Below are positions 18,887 through 25,770 of a stretch of 64,000 bases of DNA, one piece after another. The first letter of the stretch is position 1. Each line of letters begins with the position of its first letter. The translations under genes and the position numbers were made by a program. Source of the DNA: Candidatus Dormibacteria bacterium (GTDB lineage Bacteria; Chloroflexota; Dormibacteria; DASZGP01); NCBI GenBank assembly GCA_046262455.1, contig JBHEMS010000061.1, positions 51-64,050 of the forward strand, given 5' to 3'. The notes under the pieces were generated by a model that saw only the letters and a list, made by a program, of their open reading frames with translations, ran no database searches and had not been told where the DNA came from.

Positions 18887-18997
18887 GCCTCACCCCGGTG
18901 GCCGGGGGACCTGGGCAACTTCTCGCCGCCAGGTGAGGAGCGGACGCTCCTACTTCCGCCGGGCCGCGCTGGCCCGAGCCACTGGCCATGATAGCAG

Positions 18998-20197
18998 TCA
19001 GGCGAGCTGCCACTCCTCGTGCACCAGGATCGGCACCTCGTTGCCCGAAGTCTCCACTCCATGGACCGTGACCTCAGGTCCTCCGACCATGAAATCTGTA
19101 TGCACGGATGAGGTGTTCGCGCCATCCTCCGGGCCGGCCTCGGGGTTGGTGGCGAACCCCAGCCCGCTCCCGTATGCGATATGGCAGGTGGCGTTCTCGT
19201 CCAGCAGGGTGCTGTAGAAGAGCAGGCCGGACTGCCCGATCGGCGACTCACCGTCGACCAGCGCCAGCTCACCGAGGCGGCGGGCGCCGTCGTCGGCGCT
19301 GAGCTCGGCCTCCACTACCTCGGCGCCGCGATCGGCTTCGACGCGCGTGACCTCCCCTCCTTTGAAGGTCAGGCGCAGGCCGACCACGATCGCTCCACCC
19401 AGCGTCAGTGGCTTGGTGCTGCTGACCACCCCCTCGGTGTAGCGGTGGTCCGGGGTGGTGAAGATCTCCTCGGTGGGAACGTTGGGGTGGTGCGAGCGAC
19501 CATGCCGGTTGACAAAGCTCGCCGCCATCCACTGTGACGGCTTGCCCAGGGCGACCGTCAGCGCCGTACCCGGGCCGCTGTAGCGGAGGGCCTTGAAGCC
19601 CCGCTGGTTCATCTGCTCGGCGCGGGCCTGGAGTTGGTCGAAGCGGGCTTGCCAGGCCGCCACCGGGTCGGGTTGATCCAGCCGCATGACCCTGTCCAGG
19701 ACGCTGCCCAGGCGATCGACATCGGGCTCGCCCAGGACCTGCTTGGCCCAGTCGGCAGTTGCCCAGGGAACGATCGTCCAGTTGGTGGCGCCACTGCGCA
19801 TCACCTCGCGGGTGGCGCGCTCGACCTCGGGCATCCGGGCCGCGCCCACGCGGACCGCGTCGAGGTCCTCCATCACGCCCACTCCCCCGCCTTCAATCCG
19901 GATGGTCGCCGCACCCTGGCGTCCGATCTCCTCCATCCGTTGCACCAGCCACGGAGGGCTGAAGCCCAGGTCCTCGGTAGCGGCGCCGGCCACCTGCGCG
20001 CGGCGAACCAGTGGATCGACATAGAGGACGTCGACGTAGCGAGCCCCCGCGGAGTAGGCCTCGGCGGCGATCTCCCGGGCCAGCGCGGCGTGCTCAAGGC
20101 CGGCGCTGACGAAGAGGACCTGCCCGGGTTGGAGGTTGGCGCCGAAGCGAACCGCAAGGCGCGCGTAGGCGCGGAGACGGTCTGCGTTCGACCTCAG
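18998..20197 (-). CDS. M29 family aminopeptidase (AmpS/PepS-like); start apparently non-canonical
   Basis: The C-terminal part carries FTTPDHRYTEGVV...LVDGESPIG...LLDENATCHIAYGSGLG...HTDFMVG. The in-frame upstream 66 codons (RLRAYARLAVRFGANLQPGQVLFVSAGLEHAALAREIAAEAYSAGARYVDV) match the family N-terminus but contain no ATG/GTG/TTG. CTG at 20195-20197 overlaps the thrS TGA. The first canonical start is GTG 19993. Confidence 0.85.
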   Translation of the reverse strand: MRSNADRLRAYARLAVRFGANLQPGQVLFVSAGLEHAALAREIAAEAYSAGARYVDVLYVDPLVRRAQVAGAATEDLGFSPPWLVQRMEEIGRQGAATIRIEGGGVGVMEDLDAVRVGAARMPEVERATREVMRSGATNWTIVPWATADWAKQVLGEPDVDRLGSVLDRVMRLDQPDPVAAWQARFDQLQARAEQMNQRGFKALRYSGPGTALTVALGKPSQWMAASFVNRHGRSHHPNVPTEEIFTTPDHRYTEGVVSSTKPLTLGGAIVVGLRLTFKGGEVTRVEADRGAEVVEAELSADDGARRLGELALVDGESPIGQSGLLFYSTLLDENATCHIAYGSGLGFATNPEAGPEDGANTSSVHTDFMVGGPEVTVHGVETSGNEVPILVHEEWQLA

Positions 20198-21948
20198 CGC
20201 CTTGACCCCACGCGCTCGTTCAACAGCGCCTGGACCTCTTCGAGGCCCTTGGCGCCCAGGTCCCCCTGGTGACGCTGGCGCAGGCTTATCGTGCCCGCCT
20301 CCTCATCCCGGCCCCCCACCACGCCGACGAAGGGGATCTTCTGCATCTCGGCGTCGCGGATCTTGGCCTGCATGCGCTCGCCGCGCGTGTCCACCTCGAC
20401 CCTGATTCCGAGCCGGCGCAGGGCAGCTGCCTGGCGATTGGCATAGTCGATGTTCTTGTCGGAGATCGGGACCATCATCAACTGCACCGGGGCAAGCCAC
20501 AGGGGGAAATCGCCGCCGTGGTGCTCGATCAGAAAGGCCATCATCCGTTCGATGCCCCCCAGCGGCGCGCGGTGAATCATCACCGGTCGCTGCGTGTGGC
20601 CCTCGGCATCGATGTATTCGAGGCCGAAACGCTCCGGCAGCAGGTAGTCGAGTTGTGTGGTGGATGCGCTGAACTCGCGGCCCATGGCGTCACGGATCTG
20701 GACGTCGAGCTTGGGGCCGTAGAAGGCGGCCTCGCCCGCGGCTTCCACGAACGGGCGGCCCAGCTCGGTGAGAGCCTCGCGGATGGCGGCCTCGCCCTCC
20801 TCCCACATCTCCCGGTTCCCCTGGAATTTCTCGTCGCCGGGGTCGGACTTCGACAGTCGGAAGGTGAAGTCCTCGATGCCGAGGTCGCGGTAGGCATCGA
20901 GGATCAGCTGGGTGGCGGCAATGAACTCTTCCTTGACCTGGTCGCGCGTGCAGAAGATGTGCGCGTCGTTGATGGTGAACCCGCGTACCCGCACCAGGCC
21001 TGACAGCTCGCCCGACTTCTCGTAGCGGTACACCGTGCCGAGCTCCGCCAGGCGAAGCGGGAGCTCGCGGTAACTGTGCGGCTGCTGCTGGTAGATGCGG
21101 ATGTGGTGCGGGCAGTTCATCGGCCGCAGCACGTACTCCTCGTCCTCCACGCCAAACGGCCGGTACATCGCGTCGCCGTAGGACTCCAGGTGACCGCTCA
21201 TGCGGTAGAGCTCGGTGCTTGCTATGTGCGGGGTGTACACATGCTGGTAGCCGGTCCGCCGCTCGGCATCGAGGATGTACTCCTCGAGGAGCCTGCGCAC
21301 GGTCGCTCCGCGCGGCAGCCACATGGGCAAGCCTTTGCCGACGGCCTCGTCAATGAAGAAGAGCCTCAGCTCGCGCCCCAGCTTCTTGTGGTCGCGCTCC
21401 CGGGCGAGCTCCAGCCGCCTGAAGTAGTCCTCCATGTCCGCCTCGGTGTGCCAGGCGGTGCCGTAGACGCGCTGGAGCATCTTGTTGCGCTCGTCGCCCC
21501 GCCAGTAGGCCCCTGCCAGCCGCGTCAGCTGGAAGTGCTGGATGGCCGCGGCGTCCGGTACGTGGGGGCCGCGGCAGAGGTCGAAGAAGTCGCCCGTCCG
21601 GTAGCAGCTGACCTCGGTGTCGGCGGCGGCCTCACCCTCCGTGAGGATCTCGATCTTGTAATCCTGGCCAAGCTCCCGAAACGCCTGCACGGCCTCGTCC
21701 TTGGGGAGGATGACCTGCTCGTACGCCGGGGCGCGCAAACTGATGTCGCGCATCCTGGCCTCGATCGCAGCAAGGTCCTCCTCCTTGATGGCGCGGTCCA
21801 GGTCGAGGTCGTAGTAGAAGCCGTCCTCGATTGCCGGACCGATCGCGTACCTGGTGCCCGGGTAAAGCTCGCACACGGCCGCGGCGAGGAGGTGGGCGGC
21901 GGAGTGGCGGAGGACCTCGAGGTCTGCGGGGGCACTGGTCTCAGGCAT
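20194..21948 (-). CDS. thrS: threonine--tRNA ligase (no N-terminal TGS domain)
   Basis: 584 aa. It starts directly in the editing domain (HSAAHLL, CRGPHVP), followed by the class II core and the anticodon-binding domain. Confidence 0.97.
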   Translation of the reverse strand: MPETSAPADLEVLRHSAAHLLAAAVCELYPGTRYAIGPAIEDGFYYDLDLDRAIKEEDLAAIEARMRDISLRAPAYEQVILPKDEAVQAFRELGQDYKIEILTEGEAAADTEVSCYRTGDFFDLCRGPHVPDAAAIQHFQLTRLAGAYWRGDERNKMLQRVYGTAWHTEADMEDYFRRLELARERDHKKLGRELRLFFIDEAVGKGLPMWLPRGATVRRLLEEYILDAERRTGYQHVYTPHIASTELYRMSGHLESYGDAMYRPFGVEDEEYVLRPMNCPHHIRIYQQQPHSYRELPLRLAELGTVYRYEKSGELSGLVRVRGFTINDAHIFCTRDQVKEEFIAATQLILDAYRDLGIEDFTFRLSKSDPGDEKFQGNREMWEEGEAAIREALTELGRPFVEAAGEAAFYGPKLDVQIRDAMGREFSASTTQLDYLLPERFGLEYIDAEGHTQRPVMIHRAPLGGIERMMAFLIEHHGGDFPLWLAPVQLMMVPISDKNIDYANRQAAALRRLGIRVEVDTRGERMQAKIRDAEMQKIPFVGVVGGRDEEAGTISLRQRHQGDLGAKGLEEVQALLNERVGSRR

Positions 21949-21991
21949 GGCTGAGAGTGTAAGTAAGGGCTCTCGCCCCCCAGCCTATCGG

Positions 21992-22252
21992 TTACCGGTT
22001 GGCGCTGGCAGTTAGCCGGCGAAGGCCGGTGGGAATGCCCTCACGCTCGCCGTTGACCGGCTCGAGCGCGGCCTCCTCCGCTTCCCAGATGCTCAGCTCC
22101 AGTTGGCGGACCATCGGTAGGATGCGCCGGCGAGAGGCCTCGCGGAGGCGCTGGTTGCGCTCCGGGTCGAGCGCGCAGCAGGTGCGGCTGCAGTACTTGT
22201 TGGTTGCTTTTTTGACCTGGTTCTGGCACCCGGTACGGGCGCACTCACGCAT
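21992..22252 (-). CDS. small Cys4 zinc-finger protein (KYCSxxC type), function unknown
   Basis: MRECARTGCQNQVKKATNKYCSRTCC... shows strong G/C third-position bias from this Met onward. The upstream part of the 109-aa track ORF (to 22321) lies in a GC-poor stretch that looks like a promoter. Alternative start at ATG 22265-22267. Confidence 0.55.
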   Translation of the reverse strand: MRECARTGCQNQVKKATNKYCSRTCCALDPERNQRLREASRRRILPMVRQLELSIWEAEEAALEPVNGEREGIPTGLRRLTASANR

Positions 22253-22316
22253 AGGAGAAGGAAGCATGTGACCCCAAAAAATCGCCCCTCGCCGCCCCGT
22301 TGGAGTCGACTCAGCC

Positions 22317-22347
22317 ATCATAGACAGGTCCTAGGCAGGCGTGTCAA
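22317..22347 (-). promoter_or_regulatory. sigma-70-like promoter candidate for the Cys4 ORF/thrS
   Basis: Minus strand: TTGACA (22347-22342), a 19-nt spacer, then TATGAT (22322-22317). The spacer is long, so this is tentative. It lies in the GC-poorest stretch of the window. Confidence 0.3.
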
Positions 22348-22445
22348 GGACATGACGCGGAGCAACATATGACAGGGGTCGTGGGGCCCAAAAAATGATG
22401 TCCACGCTCACTGTGCATAAGCTGTGCCAACTGGGGAGAACTCTG

Positions 22446-22847
22446 TTGCTGGAATTGGAAATCGAGTTGGAAACGGGGGCCGAGCGGGTCCTGGACATCA
22501 CCGATCGCGTCGCCCGGTTTGTTCCTGACGCAGCCAGCGGTTTGCTCACCGTTTTCGTCCCCCACGCCACCGCCGGGGTGGCCATCATGGAGACGGGAAG
22601 CGGCTCTGAGGGCGACCTTGTCGATGCCCTGGAGCGCCTTTTCCCCAGGGACGATCGCTACCGTCACAGCCACGGCACGCGAGGCCATGGCGCGGACCAC
22701 GTGATCCCGGCGATGGTCTCACCGTCGGTGACCATCCCGGTCTCGTCCGGGCGCATGCGCCTCGGGACCTGGCAGCGGGTGGTGCTGGTGGACCTGAACG
22801 GGGACAACCCGCGCCGGCGGGTGGCGCTGGCGTTCCTGGAGGGATGA
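22446..22847 (+). CDS. YjbQ/UPF0047 family protein (secondary thiamine-phosphate synthase-like)
   Basis: RVLDITDRVARFV...GLLTVFVPHATAGVAIME...HSHG...GADHV...GRMRLGTWQRVVLVDL. I place the start at TTG 22446, with GGGGAG 7 nt upstream, giving 133 aa. The track start is at 22395. Confidence 0.85.
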   Translation: MLELEIELETGAERVLDITDRVARFVPDAASGLLTVFVPHATAGVAIMETGSGSEGDLVDALERLFPRDDRYRHSHGTRGHGADHVIPAMVSPSVTIPVSSGRMRLGTWQRVVLVDLNGDNPRRRVALAFLEG

Positions 22848-22850
22848 CCC

Positions 22851-24809
22851 TCAGCCCGCGGAGATGATCGCCTCGGCGGTTCGGCTGGCCAGGGCCATGA
22901 TGGAGATCATCGGGTTTGTCCCGGATGCGGTTGGAAAGCCGGAGCCGTCGCCTATCCAGACCCCCCGGGTGTCGTGCAGCTCGCCAAATGGACCGGCAAC
23001 ACTGGTCGCACGGTCTGCGCCAAGGCGGCAAGACCCCATGTGGTGCAGCGAGAACGTGGCGTGCTCGTACGGTGTCAGCGACGCGTCGTGCACCTCCTGG
23101 GCGAACTGCTCGATGCCAACCCCGCCGTCCCGGTCCCAGCGCTTCAGCCGCGAGTGCAGGGAGAAGATCCCACGCGCGCCGGCCGCCTCCTGGAGGCGGA
23201 CCAGTTCCTTGAGCCCGCGGCGGAAGTGGCGCTCGTCCATGGGATCGTCGAGGTGGTAGTTGACGACTGACCTGCCCTCGTCGTCAACTGTCACCTGTCC
23301 GTGGCCGTGGTCGCGGATCAGGAAGACCATCGCGGCTTGTAGTGGGGACTCGGCGAGGTATTGCTTGGCCTGGAGCCCGGACTGCCAGGGCAGCGCCGAG
23401 GCGCCGAGCGCAGGGCTGGCGTGGTTGCACTCGATGAGGAACCCGTACCCGTCCTCGAGGTTGGAGAACTGGTCTGACAGCGCGGTCTGGGGAGCTCCCC
23501 ACCAGGCCTCCTGAGGCTCCTCATAAACCCCCACGACCGCAGTGGCCGGGTGAAGGCGCAGGTATTTCCCGACCGCTGGTCCACCGATGCCCGAGCGCAG
23601 CAACAGCGCGGGCGAGTCGAGCGCGCCACAGGCGACCACCACGGTGTCAGCCTTGACACGGAGGGTTGCCTGGCGCACGCCATCGTTGTAGGTGGCTTCG
23701 ACGCCTGTGGCGCGGCCGCCCGCAGTGACGATGCGATCAGCGTGGCAGTGGACCACGAAGCGCGCCCCGTGCTCGTACGCGTCCTCGAGGTAGGTCTTGA
23801 GGGTGCCCTGCTTGGAGCCCGACTGGTCGCCGAAGCCCATGTAGCCGGCCGTCGCGGGGTCGTATTTGGCGGGGTCGGCGTTGCGGGTGACGCGGCTGAA
23901 CGAGTACCCGAGTTTGGCGCATGCTTCCTGCAGCCGCTTGTGCGGACTGTTGTAGTCACTGCACTGGTCGTTGACCCCGAGCCGCCGCCAGATGGCGTCC
24001 AGGTACCTGTCGTACTCCGGGCCGTCGACGCCCTCCAGTCCCATCCGCGCCCACTCCTCGCGCACCGCCGGGCGGGTGCGGATGCAGTTGGTCCAGTTCA
24101 CCGTGGTGCCCCCGCCGAGGTTGGCGCCCGTCATCAGGGTGAGCGAGCCGTCCTCGGTAGCCGCGAGGCCGCCATTGCGGTAGAGCTGCTGGTACGCCGT
24201 CAGCTCGTACTGGGTGAAGTCCGCCTCGTTGTAGTAGCCGCCACCCTCGAGGATCAGCACATCCTTGCCCTGCTCGGCCAGCTTCGCCGCAATCACCCCT
24301 CCGCCCGCGCCGGAACCGATGACCACGGCGTCGGCGGTCAGGTTCCACTCCGTACCCTCGGGCTCGAGCGGCCGGATGACCTTGGGCGTGGGCGGCGGCG
24401 GGGACAGCGGCCCGGGGTAGCCGAGCGGCTTCCACGCCGGGTTGACGCCGCTGGCATCCGGCATCCCGACGAAGAACATCAGCGCCAGCGCCTTGAAGGT
24501 GACGATGCCGCCGAGGGCCTCGGGGCTGGCGTCCATGAAGGCGAGGACAAATCGTTCCCGGTCCTCGGGCGAGGCCTCGGTGAACCCCAGCACCGCCAGT
24601 CCATCCATGAACTCCCGGACGGGTTCCAGCGCCACCTCCGGCAGTGGCGAGAGTGTGGCCTCGACCCAGTCCGCCACCTGGAGGTCCGACGCCGAGCGGG
24701 CCCAGAAGCCGTCGGGGTCGGGGTCGCGCTTGATGCTGGGAACAAAGGTGTCGCACAGGACCCGCAGGGTCGCGCGCTGGGAGTCGTTGAACAGGGGCGT
24801 TAGCGCCAT
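22851..24809 (-). CDS. GMC family FAD oxidoreductase with an N-terminal extension like long-chain alcohol oxidase
   Basis: FAD fold DAVVIGSGAGGGVIAAKLAEQGKDVLILEGG and the C-terminal GMC signature HHMGSCRLG...VWIGDGSGFPTASGTNP. The N-terminal region of about 170 aa carries LRVLCDTFVPS. Start is ATG 24807-24809. Confidence 0.9.
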   Translation of the reverse strand: MALTPLFNDSQRATLRVLCDTFVPSIKRDPDPDGFWARSASDLQVADWVEATLSPLPEVALEPVREFMDGLAVLGFTEASPEDRERFVLAFMDASPEALGGIVTFKALALMFFVGMPDASGVNPAWKPLGYPGPLSPPPPTPKVIRPLEPEGTEWNLTADAVVIGSGAGGGVIAAKLAEQGKDVLILEGGGYYNEADFTQYELTAYQQLYRNGGLAATEDGSLTLMTGANLGGGTTVNWTNCIRTRPAVREEWARMGLEGVDGPEYDRYLDAIWRRLGVNDQCSDYNSPHKRLQEACAKLGYSFSRVTRNADPAKYDPATAGYMGFGDQSGSKQGTLKTYLEDAYEHGARFVVHCHADRIVTAGGRATGVEATYNDGVRQATLRVKADTVVVACGALDSPALLLRSGIGGPAVGKYLRLHPATAVVGVYEEPQEAWWGAPQTALSDQFSNLEDGYGFLIECNHASPALGASALPWQSGLQAKQYLAESPLQAAMVFLIRDHGHGQVTVDDEGRSVVNYHLDDPMDERHFRRGLKELVRLQEAAGARGIFSLHSRLKRWDRDGGVGIEQFAQEVHDASLTPYEHATFSLHHMGSCRLGADRATSVAGPFGELHDTRGVWIGDGSGFPTASGTNPMISIMALASRTAEAIISAG

Positions 24810-24903
24810 CAGGTGGTCCTCCAGTCCTGCGGTGGCCGCGCAGCGGCAGCGTTCGAGCACACCATGCTAACGGACCCCCACTCCGGCGTCCCAGAAGCGT
24901 CGG

Positions 24904-25770
24904 CTAGTCGATGATCGCCTGCAGCCCGGCGGGACGCGGGGCACTCCACAGGCCCGCCATCTCCACCTTCGCGAGCATGCCGCGGATGTCGTCGTAGTCG
25001 GCGTCCTCTACCGCGATAAACCGCTCGACGTGCATGGCGGACATCACCCGGCGCTCCTCGGGATGCGCCCCCAGCGCCAGGACGACATCGCGGATCGCGC
25101 GCTGTGTGGCGTGGGAAACTCTCTCTCCCGCCACCAGCGGCTGGATGGTCGAGGGTCCGAGGGTATCGATCACCCGAATGCGCTTCGCCAGGGTGGGGTC
25201 CTCGTCGAGCGCGATGGCCAGCACCTGGGAGTCCACCGCGGTCGCGTCCACCTCGCCCGCTCCAACCAAACGGATGGCCCGCTGGTGGAAGCCGGCGTCC
25301 ACCCAGGCGCGGAAGAACCCGCTGTCTTCGCCGCTGGTCGCAAGCCGGTGGAGGACGACGAGGTAACCGGAGTGCGATCCCCGCTCGTTGTACGCCCAGC
25401 GCGCCCCGCGCAGGTCGGCGAAGCATGTCGCCGGGCTGGACGCGGCCACGATGACGTCGGAGAAATACACCGCCCGGCCGCCGTAGCGTGAGCCGTCGAG
25501 AACCGGCGCCGCGATCGGGGTCAGGGCGGCCACCATCCCATCGACCACCTCTACGTACGGCAGGCCACAGACAAATGCCAGGTCGTCGCGATGGGCGGCG
25601 AGGTCCGAGTAGTCGGCTCGCTGGGCGACCTCAACCTCGGTCCCGAGGGCGTCGGCAACGGCGCCCGCGACCAGGTCGTACAGGGGACGAACGATTGGCG
25701 CCAGGTAGGTCGCCAGCGTCAGTTGGCTTTGCGTTTCTCCGCGGCCTCGGGGGATGGTGGCGCCAGCCAC
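24904..25770 (-). CDS. PhnD/SsuA-like substrate-binding-fold protein without a signal peptide
   Basis: 288-aa ORF with a type-2 periplasmic-binding-protein-like pattern (LTLATYLAP..., FVCGLPYV, GYLVV). It has no hydrophobic N-terminus or lipobox. Its GTG start overlaps the glgB 3' end by 52 nt. Confidence 0.7.
   Translation of the reverse strand: MAGATIPRGRGETQSQLTLATYLAPIVRPLYDLVAGAVADALGTEVEVAQRADYSDLAAHRDDLAFVCGLPYVEVVDGMVAALTPIAAPVLDGSRYGGRAVYFSDVIVAASSPATCFADLRGARWAYNERGSHSGYLVVLHRLATSGEDSGFFRAWVDAGFHQRAIRLVGAGEVDATAVDSQVLAIALDEDPTLAKRIRVIDTLGPSTIQPLVAGERVSHATQRAIRDVVLALGAHPEERRVMSAMHVERFIAVEDADYDDIRGMLAKVEMAGLWSAPRPAGLQAIID

Noticed and set aside
22272-22397. Two copies of CCCAAAAAAT might be a mobile or repeat element.
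   Set aside because: It is only a 10-mer occurring twice within an AT-enriched promoter-like spacer. It has no flanking inverted repeats. I kept it only as a note within the promoter-region finding.
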